From Klebsormidium nitens (taxonomy: Eukaryota > Plantae > Klebsormidiophyceae): a stretch of 64,000 bases of DNA. Shown one piece after another: positions 23,301-36,565 of this stretch. Numbering within the stretch: position 1 is the stretch's first letter; every line of letters starts with the position of its first letter. The position numbers and the translations under genes were made by a program. The stretch covers positions 76,549 to 140,548 of the forward strand of contig DF237163.1 in the NCBI GenBank assembly GCA_000708835.1. The letters are read 5' to 3'. The notes under the pieces were generated by a model. That model did not search any database, was not told the DNA's origin, and worked only from the letters and a program-made list of their open reading frames with translations.

Positions 23301-26211
23301 GCATGAAAAGGACGTAAAGGGACAGCAAAAGTTGGCCCGCAGAAGCTTTGCAACGAAGGCAGTCACAATAGAAATTGGCTCACAGCTCTTGACTGGCAAA
23401 GTGAAAAGTGCGACAAACGGAGAGCGATGGAAACGAATGCCACACATTGTCTGAAAGCTAGGCACGTCGTATCGGTGAGGAACTCAAAACGTCATGCGGG
23501 TCCTTGACCGACAATGAATGGCAGCTAGACAATTAATGGCCGCACACAAAACGAACCATGATCCGAAACGAGAAATTGAGTGGACAAAGGGACCACAACC
23601 GGACAGACCTAGAGGCAAAGAAAGCAACGCTAATCGACTGTTTTCTTTGACTCGGCATGCTCGTCTTCGAAGGAACAACGAAACACCACAATATGGACCC
23701 ATGCAAAAAGAGTGCGAAGCTGACCTGAAGAGTGACCGCTGAAGAAGCTCTGTCGCGCATCTCGTAGTTGCTTAGGGGTTGACACCAGATTGTTGCAGAG
23801 GACGTTACCATTCGAAGCAAACACCTGGAGCAGAGCGGTTGAAAGCAACATTCAGTACCGCTTAAGACCTTGCTCAGCAGCCTTCCTAGACACATGAAAT
23901 CCTGAACCCTGCCGTGAGGATTGTACTTCGGACTTCAATGGAGAGACGGTGTGATTGTGCCTTCAGCCAGCAAGTCAGCACGGGTTAAATCGTTGGATGC
24001 TTCTCATTGTCCAGATCCGCGGTAAAGGGGCTCCTAATCAGAGCACTGCTGAAAACAGGATATTGATTCTCAATAGGTCGGGTTTGGGTTTGGCAGCACT
24101 TCAGAAGGCCATCCTAAGAGTCCAAAAACATTTAACCCAACAGAGTTCGAAGAGCGATTCGACTAAAAGCCGGCACACCGATCTCATGAGTTGGATGAGT
24201 TGTAAGCGGCGGTTGGGACTGACATCGACGAATCAAAAGCGTCGGTTCGACTTGATAATTCTGACGCGAACCGAAGAAAATTGTAAACATGTGAACAGTA
24301 TCTCTGTATCTCCTTGGATAAATTGATGCCTCTACTGCCACGATCGCAGAAGCGTCCTCTAAACAGCGCTCACCGGCTCTCCGTTCAAGAAGCAGACGGA
24401 CATGAAATCCGGTCGGGGACGCCCAATGGTGACCTTGGTCAAGTTCGTGAGGATGCCAACGGTAAACACGGTGAACAGCAGACCTGCAAAGAAGGTGAGC
24501 GACACAGTGACCATCCCCACAGCTATTCAAAAACCTTTGGCTACAAATGCATCCCTTCTTGCTTTCTTCAGATTTCTGGCTTCAAATGCATCCCTTCAAT
24601 TTTCTTGCTTTCTTCAGATTTCTGGCTTCGCGCAAAAAGATTGCAATGGATGTATATCTGTGTCTGGAGTTTGGGGAAAGCTAGTAGAAATACTTGTTTA
24701 TCTACTTATCCAAAAAAGAAGAGAGGAGGCCAGCCTGAAGTCAATGATCTTGTTGGCTAAGCCCCCTCCCGAACACTACTTATGTGCCAGATGTGCCTGC
24801 GCAAAGAACGAACCTGGGAACTTCAAAACGTTGTCAAATGGACCAATAGCACAGGTGGACAATGTCTATGGTGGGCCACTCACCGATGACTGCCTGATGG
24901 AAATCATGCCCACTGCGTACGAAGCAGGCGACAACGATGAAGGTCACAATAGGCACCCCAAGCGAGTAGACCTGCAAAAACCACGAACAATCAACCCCCT
25001 GTCTTGATCTTCTTTCCAAGCCTGCTTCTATCTGACGAATAAATGTGGATCAGGGAAACACACGGCGGCCATCATTGTCAGCTGCTTATGCGGAGGTGTA
25101 CGGCAGAGGATAGGAAGTGCATGCTTGAAAACAGGCATAACCTTGTTTATGGTGGCACAACCAGAGAATACGACCCAGGACGTCCACAAGTCAACAGAGA
25201 TGTTGCAGCATGCGTATATGACTGAATGTCTGCCTGCAACAGACTGGAAGCACCACCAGGAGACCAGTGGTACACTTACCGGAACACTCCACGACGGGAT
25301 CGTATCAGCAGTGGTCGGGTAAGCGAGCCAGTGCGTAAGCTCGACGTCATAAATAAACCGCTCGTACGGGTGGATGAATGACGTCCCAACAAAGATGACC
25401 AGCATGAGGATCACGACTAAATAGTCGATCCAATAAGAGCGGACCAATTGAGGGTATGAAATCGTTCGGACAGTCTTCGCTCCTGCATGAAAACAGAGGC
25501 GATGCCGAAGTAAGCAATAATTCTGGCTCCTAATGTTAGGTTTGATCAAACAATTTCAGGGTGGCCCCTAGCGTAGGTGGACTCCTATAATACTTAGTGG
25601 TGACACTCAAAGGTTTGGGCTGATCTTCTTTGCTACAAACGTTGCACCAAGTAACAAAGATGAAGGTCTATGAAAGGAGGCTTGCTTTGAAAGGATCGGG
25701 GTTCCCAGGGTAAGACACAGCTTCTGCGCATCTTGGTCAACCAAACTAATGAAACCATGATGGGGATCAGATGAAAGTACGCCCTTATCCTTCACAAACA
25801 TGCGGAACTCAAAGATTGAGAAAACTTTCCAGTCTTTCTGATAGCAAAGCCTTGCTACATGATTGCAAACGAAACCGCACCAGATATTTGATCGGGTTTA
25901 TCTTTCATCCATGTTATCAGAGCATGAAAACATAGCAGAAATGCAATTACGCTATTATTTCAGAATCTATTGCAATCGATGCTAGTGGCCTGAACATGTT
26001 CGACGCATGCCCTCAGCCCCCCTCACCACTCTCTTCGCAGCAACTTGAATATATTTCCTCTATTGGAGAAGCAAATTCTGCATAACCTCCTTGCAACATA
26101 CAGATGCAAGCCAACAGCGTGCATGCACTCACCCGTCATCGTGCCGCCACCTTGCGAGCTGCCAGGAACCGTCTCGTCCAGACGCATAACCCCGTCTCCC
26201 CTTGCCATCAT
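20303..26211 (-). CDS. Lipid phosphate phosphatase (PAP2 family), at least 7 exons; 3' end uncertain
   Basis: Exons 26211-26133, 25482-25280, 24971-24884, 24483-24374, 23824-23725, 20938-20750, then 20499 onward. Motifs C1 KVTIGRPRPDF, C2 RQSFFSGHSS, C3 TRFCNYKHHPTD, plus hydrophobic helices. The last exon either reads through to 20303 or splices at 20440 to an exon near 20160. Confidence 0.9.
22408..22682. repeat. Two-copy diverged tandem repeat (about 135-bp unit) in PAP2 intron 5
   Basis: Units begin TGCTCTCCGCATGCTC at 22408 and 22543. Shared blocks include TTTTAGGTTTGC, GGTCCCAAGCGGCTGAAC, CCAATACC and GGAAACAAGC. Confidence 0.85.
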
Positions 26212-27685
26212 AGAAGAACTCGCTGCGGCTCAACTTAAGAAGCTCGATGCGAAGCCCTACCAGACCCACCCTACTCTTTGTCGCTCTTTTCGCAACAAGG
26301 AAAGCAGCTTTTGGAGAAGGCCACCGTGACCATATCGAGAAGGGGATTGCTGCCGCCATTTTGCCGCGAAGCAGCCACCAAGCTGAGCCTCCACAGGATC
26401 TGCCTCCCTAAGGTAGCACCCTTGCAAAGTTGCTGCTCGAATGCATATGCAAGTTGCTACGTGGAACAGTCAAGTGGAGCGGGGCTAGAGGTCTTCCGGG
26501 GCCAAGCGACCAGCAGGAACCCCTAGAAATCCCATTGAGAAGCCGCTTCTATCGAAGCTGAAGTGACCGTCGATACGTAAAATACCGACGGCTGCCACAA
26601 AAGCGCTGTTTCTGTAGTTCTGAACCTTTCGATAAATCAAGATCTTCATCGACGGTTTGAAATCTAAGTCGAGGTCGATACGTGCACTCAACACGTGATC
26701 CACTCTTAGCCTTGCGATGGTCTTGTGAAACAATCTGTCGGGTTCACATTGGACTTTCTCAAAACTTTTATCGTGATTCGATAGCTTGACTTGCGTCACT
26801 CGGCGTCACCCCGCCAGAGTCGGCGAGCTAACGGTCAATTCTTCGAACTTCAAAAGTTATCGAAGTCGAAAACCTACTCAAATCCGGGAGGCTATCGAAA
26901 CGCGGTCGTCGACCGCGTTTGGATAGCCCAATCACGATGAGTACAGGTTGGATATCGTCACGCCTCAGCCTTTGCTGACGGTTTTGTGTACATAGTGTAC
27001 TCAAGACGATTCACGTGGTCAGTCACATGGCTCCAGACGAGAGTTTTGAATTACGAGACGTATTTCGACGGACCCAACTGCAATGTGAACCCAGTCTGGC
27101 TATCGTAATCCGGAACTGCTAAAACGTCAGCATGGGTACTTCCAATTGCGAATCATGGCAGACCGAATTAGGGCAAAAAGTCCAATGTGAACCCGACCCA
27201 GGGACGGCCGAGTGAATCAAAGATTCAAGGTTCGATTTTCGAAATCGAATCTTGGAATTCAAAATCTGAGGCCCAGAATGCGTGAATGGCTCGGGGTTGT
27301 GCGACGGGACGTCACCCATTGCCACAACCGATACGTCACCATGATGATCCCTGGCCGCTGCTGGCAAAGCACGTCGCAAGCCTTTTTCTGCTGCATGGGG
27401 TAATGCAAGGGGTGCCCTCTGCCGGGGGCCGGGGCGTCTCTTCGCTTTCCTGCTTGGAAGGAGTCCTGTTGTCAACAGCGTTCTTGTCATTTTCCAACTC
27501 GTCCTCTTTCTAGAGGGGGAATTGAATATTATTTCCAGCTGCAGCCAATTGTGCATTGCAGGGTGCATTGCTTTGCGGAGTAGGCGCTGACACAAGCTTG
27601 TGAGGAGATGTCTAGACGAACCAATGGGTGCGGGCGGCGAGTGATACGAAGGAGGAGCGGGGCGAACAACGCAGGATTCTCAACC

Positions 27686-30600
27686 ATGGCCTCCCCTTTG
27701 CACTCCCAGTCCAACCAGGGAATTGACTCAACCGATGCGTCAGGAAGCAGCTCTGACTCTGACAGCGGAGCAGGTTCCGCAGATCTTGCTGGTGAGAGCG
27801 GAGGACAGCACAGTGACCCCTGTGGACACTACGAGCACTTCTCGTTCAGAAAGGAGGGCCTTAAGCGCGACTGGCTCTACGGTGTGGCATCAAGAAGCCT
27901 CAAACCGGCGCGGCTTTGCTTTAGGAGAGGAGGAGTGGCCGGCACTGCCAGTTTTCGCGCCTCAATCTGGAGCAAAGGCCGGTGTAAAGGCGGGCGGTGT
28001 AAAGGGAAGAAAGGCGCAGAGAACAGGAAAGAAGAGTGGGGCCTCTAGCCTGACTGTTCTAGCTAGCAAGGACTTTGCAGTAGCGATAGACACGCGCGAG
28101 AACCTGAGGCTGACGATCGCAATGCAGAAGCGAGGAACCCCTGTACAGTGCCCCTCTGTCCTGGTACATAACGAGGAGGAGATTGACTTGAGCGGCACGT
28201 TCTTCGTGCGCCTTTTGGACGCAGAGTATGCAGAGATAGGGAGAGGGTGTGTAGAGTACAGCACAGCATTGGGGCCTGATGGCGCCTCTGTATATAACGT
28301 CACGGATGGTAAGGTGTTTGTGGGGTACTTCTACCCTCAGGTTTCGTTCCACAACTTTGAGCTGGGGTATGAGGCGACCAGGATCTGCCGCGAGCCAAAT
28401 GCAGGGGGGCAATCGACGGTCTCTGAGGTGAGGCACTTTTTGCATGCTCGTGCTTTGAGCCAGAGACTGGAATGGAGTTTTTGCATCTATCCTCTTTGTC
28501 GAGCATGCAGCCACTTTTACAGCCTCCACAACCTTCTTCTTGTTCTCCTTGTTGATGCTTCTAAATGAAGAAGCCTCAGAAAGTCTTCGAATCAGAGCCT
28601 CTGAGCAACGATTTATGCAGGCAATGAAGACATCTTTGCAGACCCTCTCAGCAATACCTGGCATTGCGCGATTGGCTCATGTAAACGATAAACCGCATGC
28701 ATGTTTTCAGAATGTGCAAAGCTGACATTCTCCTGCTGCCTTGCAGTCGCTGTCCGTGGAGTACTTCGTGCGCTCATTTGGAGGGACGAATGTGATCACT
28801 GAGATGGAGGTAAGCCCCGTTTGCAAGCTGACGTCCAACTTGTCTTGAGCCCCTTAACAGTACTCCAAGTCGTTATGATTGAAACACAGGATCTCAGAGG
28901 CTTCTCGACATGGCCCGGTAGACTATTCATGACACCATGCCTATATAAAGAGAAGCGCCCTTCATTTAACGCCCTTTCAACCAGACTAATTGGGTCCTTC
29001 TGGCTGCATTTTAAGCTCTTGGATTTCTTCATTGCCTCCCTGCATTTGGCACCGGTATCTTCTTGCATTGTTTGACTGTCACTGAGACTTTTCCTTGCTC
29101 CTTATCGCTTTTACCCTCTCTGCATTCGTTTGCTCCTGAATCCATTTGACTCAGAAGAGCGCCTGTTCCAAATCTTTCCAAGTTTGGCATCTCTTGTTCA
29201 GGGTGCATACAGTGTTTTAAGTCAGAGACCACCAAAGAGCAGGTCGACTGTGGGCATGCATTCGCACACAATGCCACTGGTACAAACAGTCAGCTTTCCA
29301 CACTACCTCAACTTGGTACAGGTAGTCGCAGTTTGATCCTTTATAAGGCACTTTTACCCTTCACTTGCGGCTTGGATGAATGCATCTGTACGTTTTAGTG
29401 ACAGACTATGACTCTTTGCTTGTTCTCGCAGGTCGGTTACTGCAACCCCAACTGGAAGAAGGTGGATTACATCATCGACATCTTTGATACGCGCATGGGC
29501 GTCTCAGTCACACGCGCCATGTCCTACCCTAACCCCAGTAACTTCTCTGAGGAGGACGCCCGTCGCCTGCTGTACAAGAAGCTGTACGGACTGGTGAGCA
29601 ACCGGTTTGTTGGCCGTTTCTCTAAATGAGGAAATAGAGTTTCTAAAGAACAGTATGACTCTGCCGACCATTCTGACCCAGCACTTCCTTGCATATCTGT
29701 CTTCTTCAATTTTTTCCATGACCCTTCCAGTCATTCAAGACCTTTTTGAGTCGAAACAGCCCACTTCGTACTGCTCGCTGGAATCTGAAAGGCTCCATTG
29801 GGTTGATTCAACGCCTTCCCCTTAGGAATCGCCTTGTGAGCTGACGCGATCGGCAATTATTCGCTCTGAAATTTTCAAAACGCCATGCTGGTCGGTTTGC
29901 GAAGGTGCTTGTATGGGCAGGCTTTTAGTGAACTGCCGGACCCTTTGCGTTGTCGATCTTTACACAGTTGTCTGAGCGAAGAGTTTTGAATTGAGGCTCT
30001 CTGCCACATGGTTTTGCACTCGTCCAGTCCAGTTTATGGAGCAGGTCTGTGTTTCCACATTATTTAGGAAACGGCAAAGGTGCTTGTCCTAGAAATCGGA
30101 AAGTGGGATTGGGATTGTTTTAGTCAACTCTGACCCTTGAAACTGGTTTTTATCTGCTGATTCCCTCTTTAGGAGTGAAAAATAATTGGCCTCTTACAGA
30201 ACAGGAGGAATTGTGTTGTGCCGAATAAAGTCAAACTCCGAATTGTTTTAATGGTCATGGACGAAACAACGAAATCAGAACACTTGCCGGAAATGACTTC
30301 GACAAACAACGGATCCAGAGGGCTCGCCCAGTTGAGGACAATGAAACTTCGAATTGCTCTTCATCAAGCTAAACGCTCATATGCTTGACGATTAACCAAA
30401 GCAGAGACACTGTTCTCGTTGTATCGTTGAAGCGTTCTCATCATCTCTTCTCCATGGCATGCACAGGTCGTGGCTCAGCAGGGCGTCGCCGCTTCGCACA
30501 CGTTCATGAACTCCATCCTGCACGTGTGGTGTGAAACGGCCCACACTGCGTCCATCCTCCAGCGGGTGTACCCCAAGGTCGCGATGGAACTAGACACGTC

Positions 30601-30766
30601 AGAAACGACGGTCGTGGTCTTGACCGTTGCCGAGGGGCAGAAGGCGCGGCCCATTTTCTATGAGAATGTGCTGTGGAATAGGCAGAAGTTTGGGGTGGGG
30701 GATTTGGCACTGGCGGGGCAGACGCTGTGGCTGCAGTCGAGGGCCAAGTCGATATGCGTATCATGA
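27686..30766 (+). CDS. AAC4-like protein of unknown function (family of Dictyostelium 'AAC-rich mRNA clone AAC4 protein')
   Basis: Exons 27686-27791 (its 58-nt intron is uncertain), 27850-28427, 28747-28809, 29432-29593, 30467-30766. Motifs recalled for this family: NAGGQSTVSESLSVE, TEMEV, KKVDY, GVSVTRAM, DARRLLYKKLYGL, ILHVWC. Confidence 0.8.
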
Positions 30767-31732
30767 TGGGTAGGGGTTTCGGCTGTGGGGTAGTGTATAA
30801 AGGGGTTCGGGAATATGGGTGTACAGATTAAGCGGTCATTGAGGTGGCTGGGTATAGAGGTGGTGGTTTTGGGTAAATGTATAGAGTTTGTACTATCGAT
30901 TGAATGTGTTTGGGGTTGTGGTGCAGTATGTTCAGCTCGGCTAGAGGACATACTGCTTAGATTTTTGGTTCGTGTACAGTAGGAAAGGTCAGAATAGATA
31001 CGAAAACAATTAAGCGGCTGGTGACTTTGTCAAGATTCAAAAGCACACATACAACGGGCAATTAGCCAGGTGCAAAAGGTGAAACACCAATGCAGATGGA
31101 AACCTGGCCAACGCTTTCTTCCTTCCTGGAAACTCATGCACCAGATATAGCTGCCAAGTTGGGCGGATCATCTCCTGAGTGCAGTGCGCCGCGCTACTTC
31201 CAACGCTGGCCGGGCAATGCTACCGTACGTCACAGCCAGTGGTCTTTTCTGGCAGCCTGGCATGCAAGCCATATGTAAGTTTAAGCCATTTTGCTTGGCG
31301 TATGGCGGCGCGGCCGCCTTTGCTTTTGAGCGTACACCACCAGTGCGGCCCAGGCGCACCGCGTGGCTGGCCCATGCGGGGGCAACGACCGGCCGACAAC
31401 TCTGGGTCCCGCCACGACAGTGGTGGACTCAAGTCAATATTCATATTGCTGCAAGCACTGGTCACTCCAGTAACTTGTAAAGCACTTTCTGGTCCTGAAG
31501 CCCCGATCACCTGCCCCTTCTGAAGTTGTTTTAGGTTAAGTCCGACACTTGCAAGCCAGATCTCGTTACGTCAATCCAACAAGGACTGTCTTAATTGCAG
31601 CACGCTTGCTTTAAAGTTCCACGTACTTATTGTTTCCAGGAGACTCGGTTTAAAGACTCGTCCAGACAACCTACGTTGCACTGTCATTATTCATTGGTCA
31701 ATCAAAATACAATCTATCAGGGCAGCTCAATG

Positions 31733-34700
31733 TCACCGGTTATTGATCAGTTTTAGCGGCTTGCGCGGTTTTAAGCTATTCCTACTCTCAGTCCGAGCAT
31801 TTCCGACGAAAAGAGAACCAGCGGGCGCGACTCGAACCGACTTCTTCTTGTAGACTTGCTTCTCGGTCTCGAATCCTAGTAAGGTGCCGCTGGGGGCTAC
31901 CCGGGATCTTGTAAGTGCCTGCCAGTCGTTCTCCTTGCCGTCAACCTCGTTTCGTTTCAATACATAGCCGATGCTCGGGCTTGCTCCTATAGCTATCTCA
32001 GTGGGGGGCGGTGCTACCAATGACCCTGGCTGTTGCTGTGATAACCGCAGCTTGGAAACTTTTACTTGGGACCTGCATCTCGGAAGCAACGGAGTCACGA
32101 TTGCGAACAAGTTTCAATCTCTGCTTGACAAAAACGGCTTTACTGGTAATTCCCACTTCACTTAAGATCCAATTGCTTAAGACATGACTTAAGATATGAC
32201 CCGGGCACTCCGAAAGAGAAATTTATCTCCCCCAAATATGAACGCGCTCCGCACCAAAACCCACCCGAAGCACCCAACCAAGTTCCCTCGTCTGCCGGGC
32301 GCCTATCTTAAGAAAAATGCCTCCAAAGTGAAATAGGCACTACCAATGTAACACGGCTCATAAACAAAAACAAAAGCTACAAAAGAGTAAGCATCCAAAT
32401 TCGACGTGCCCCAGATGGACTTCCCGTTGCTTCAGGTCGCTCAAAGTTGGAGCGTCGACTTCTTTGACACTTCGAAGACGCAGATCCGGATCTGACAGGT
32501 GTGTCATATTTTACGATTAGATCTCAGCTGTTGCATCCAAGATCTACTGCTCACGCAATGGGCAACGGGCCACGGGGACGGGCAAACCGTCCGTCGCGCT
32601 TCCGAGCTCTACTAATGAGAAATCTGTCACACTTGACTTGTCAAACAATCGATCACTCACTGCGCCACGGCAAGCTGGGCTTTCAGAAACGCGGCCGTCT
32701 CCTCCCAGTCTCGCTCCCGCTGTTGCAAGTCCACCCAGATCGCTTTCGCCGCACGCATCTCGTCCTCTAGTTGCCCCACTCGCGCTTCCGCCCGGTCTGC
32801 CCTTTGAGCCTGGCAACAGCACTCTTCCTCGAGCTCATTCATTCGCGCCTGCAGAATTCGAAAATGAAACTGTTTTTGTAATGAGAGATGGCCACCATTA
32901 TTGAAATTTAGACTTGTTGATACGACCCGGGAGGGATCGGCAAAGAAGGGTTTCAGTTTCCGAGAAGTGTCAAATCTTTGACTCATCCACCTGTCTTTCT
33001 CCGTTTGCCTCTTTCTGCTGCGCCATTTGCTCGCGTCCCTTTGGAGATCTTCAAGGACTCCAGGTATGGAGGCAAAAATCTGAAGAGTGCCACCCTGAAA
33101 TTGTGGACCGTTGAGTCGGTGACATATACTTTGACAATCAGAGTTCCTTAGTATCTGACTGGTTCACGATCCGCACATAACGGTTACGAAGCTTCGAGGG
33201 TCAGCCATTCGGTTCCCACAAAACTGATCGACTTCACACAGTTAACGAGCGCTGACTACGGGACGTTCCATCTTTTCAGCCCGATAAACCACTGTTCAGA
33301 GGTCGCCTCGTTCTATGGCAAGTTAACCGTCTGTTCCGGCTCAGTTCCGTCAGCGAAGGTTCAAAGCGTCGCTTCTAGTTATCAAAAACCCCTGGCATGC
33401 TCCGAGTGCAGGCTTCCAACTTCTGGCGATTGAACTGCGAAGCTAGTAATTGAGTGAGATGCGGTATTGAACACAACCGTTCTAGGTGAAAGAGCGAATG
33501 GGTGGAAGTTGGACAAAAGGTTCTGTTGTTCTAGTTCTGTTGCTCTTTCAAAAAGTTTCAAGTATGTCCGACTTTCCGCTGACTGCGGTCTGACTCCACT
33601 CAAGTATTAACTAATACTCTGAGCCGGCATCGACCAGAAAAAATCGCCAGCTTAAGAATCAAGCCGAGGCTCTTAGAAAAGATAGAAACGACATATCTAG
33701 CATCCCAGAGACACAAGTTTTAGAGGGCCAACATGCCAATTCCGCTATTATTTTGTAACCAGTGATCGATGCCGACCCTTGTGCAGTGACCTACCTCAGC
33801 CGTCGATAGCAGCCCCTCCAGATGCTCCGTCCTTGACGCCGACACCAGACGGTCCTCTCTCACAATAGCAGCCGCTTCGTCCATAGCCCGTCGAGCACTG
33901 TGGAAACGTCAATGTCCTTATAATTCGGAATCGCACAGTGAAAGTCTCGTTTGCAGATCTCATTGTCCTTTACGAGCTTGCTTAGGAATGCTTAACTTCG
34001 CAGACTCTACTCAAATCAAGCGAAGCACTGCTGGTGTGAAGACTGTCTCCCAGCAACCGAGCAAAAGACCGCTTCGCACAACTCTGTCAGGACTCTTACA
34101 TGATTGATTTAAACATTTCTGACATCAGGAAAAGTTCAAGACCAATGATATGATGCTGCTCCAGCGTCCCCTTCTCTTCTGAGTTTGACGTGACTGGAAG
34201 AGCAACTCTAATTTCGGGACAGCTTGAATTATGCGGAAGAGAAGACGTTCTGGCTCACCGCTCTTCCCACAGTGCACGCTCCTGCTCAGCCTCAAGGGCC
34301 TCGATCTTAGCATCACGTAACGCAGACTCCACTTGTTGAATGCACGTTGCTTCCTCTGCGGTGCCAGAAAATAGTTCCTTTGAAGACCTCTGTCTACGCA
34401 ACGCAAAGAAATACGGAACACCGGCATGTTGAGCTGGTTGTCACCAGACAGCAGTCTCCGCACACTACAAGACAGATTGGCCTTCAACGGTCGCTTTGCA
34501 GTTCAAGATCGGACCATATCTCCTGTGCTCCGATGAGCAGGGGAGCAAAGCTCTGACGATGATAGTTTGAAGCTCTTTAAATGCTGTCCAGTATTGCGGG
34601 GATGCCGGAGCTTCTTAGCACATACTTACCTGCACAACAGTCCTGAGCAGTTGTTGCATCTGATCCAGCACTCAGACCTCGCACATGTAACAGCATCTTG

Positions 34701-35737
34701 TTCAGGACAGCAAGCTCTTGGTCTTGCTGCCTACTCCAGGCCACCTGCATTGTGGAAATCCTAGTAAAAGGAGGGCACCAGCCTGCTTATTGTGAGCTGC
34801 TTCTTTTAGTCTGGACAGATCTAGATGATGAAAGCCATTGAAACATGTTCTTGGCCATAGGTCCTAGACCAATCAGTTGGTATGGACAGGGGGGCTTGAC
34901 ACCGACAGAAAAGATGAACAGCGGCATCTTTCTGCTAGATGCAGAATATTATATTCTGTGTGTCCAGTCGCTCCCAGGAGACATCCACTGTAGAAGGTCA
35001 ATTGGTCAAACGGATTGCTACAATGATTGTTTGTATGAGCTTACGCCGCCTTTAACTGGATATTAATCCTACAAAGAGAGGTGCTATTCAAAATGGTTTT
35101 GAGTTCTCCTAGTCTTCAAGTTCCTGAGGCAACCACTTCGGCAAAGCAGTCTGGTCCATGGCAAGCGGTGTTCACCTGTGTGTCTTCGAATGCTCGCTGC
35201 TCCTTTAACATGTGAGCGTGAAGTCCGTGTATGATTCCAGCTTGCACACTTATCAAATTCTGGTTTGCCGCATGCTTCTCTTGGAACTTCAGCGGCTCAG
35301 TCTGAAACACAGCAAAAGAGAGTTTATTAACACATAGAGGATGTTCTGAGAAGCCATCCAATTGTGCAGAAAGCTTTGTGGCAGTGCAGCAACCCATGCT
35401 AGCAACTGCCCTGTCAGCAAAGACTAGTGCTTTTTGGAGCAACACATGTTGACTCCACTCAGCACCCTGCACCTTCTTCAGCAGCGTTATGTCTGAAGGG
35501 ACATGAACTGAGCACAGAATCTTGTAGCTAAGAACTGCTATTAGCTGATGCCAGACCAGTAAAGTTCTACAAGTTTGGGGGATGGGCAGCCCATCTTAGG
35601 TGAGCTGTCAACTTGAATTGTTCTCTTAGACTGTCACAAAGTAGCAAACCTGGATTTAGAACTCAGAATGTTTGACTCACCTCTTGGCATTCTGGTTCTG
35701 CTTCGCCGCTTTCTGATGCAACATCATTGCTGTACAT
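31733..35737 (-). CDS. Uncharacterised coiled-coil protein with C-terminal KEN box and D-box
   Basis: Phase-consistent exons 35737-35681, 35301-35176, 34744-34630, 34355-34259, 33897-33795, 33094-32927, 32848-32661, 32072-31733. Heptad-like segments ALRDAKIEALEAEQERALWEER and ARMNELEEE...ARVGQLEDEMRAAK. Confidence 0.72.
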
Positions 35738-36565
35738 CTTGAAATGCAGGCTAGGATTCCCTAAAACAGAAGGTTCCCTACCTTGCCCTCAGATTCTAAT
35801 CCTCGCAAGCAGAGGACTATTTTTCTGGTCCCGCAGATCTAGTCAACTCCCTAATGTTTTCAAATGCTCCACAAGCCTTCTCCTTCCACCACCAATCCCC
35901 ATCCACATCAAGAGAGGCCGGATTGGAAGCGCCTGGCCTCGCAAAGATTGCAAATTCCTCATGAAAATATGAACCCCACGCCTGATCGAGAATGCACAAA
36001 TGCGATCAGGGTTTCGCGGCCGCGCTACCGCCGGCCGCTGAAGGAACCTGGATGAGAATGGGAGGTTTTAGAGAATTGCAGTAGCTAGTACGTGGCACCT
36101 GTTGCCGTGCTCGCGCACACCCTCCCAACCGTTTCGGTGTACACCCGCTTTGGGTCAATTGAAATGATACAAAGGATATGTAATGTACCGTACAGTAGCT
36201 CGTCTGCTCGTCGTACCGGTCCAGTAACTTAGTAAACTACTCTTCAATAACCCTTGAAAGCTCAAGGCAAAGCCCTCGCAAAGCAAGGGGCAAGGGTGCT
36301 TTTGATGCGCAGGAAGGTGGGCGGAGGAGTGGCTACTGAAGTAATATTCAACATCTAACGTAATTATTGACCATAGTCTCTGGTGACAGAGCTGGGTGAA
36401 GTTGGTATGCCTGAAGGCCTAGCAGGTCTGGTGTTATCTCAGATCTGAGGCCCAGAAAAGCTGAGACACTTACTGGAGCTGCTTCCATTCTCCCAGTGCA
36501 CAAGATTTCCCCTGGTTTCTTCCATCTGTGTACCACCAGCAAGCAGCTGCGCCTGAGCTCGAACC

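Noticed and set aside
26129-26359. 76-codon upstream ORF overlapping the PAP2 start
   Set aside because: Out of frame with exon 2 and with no recognisable conserved-peptide uORF features.
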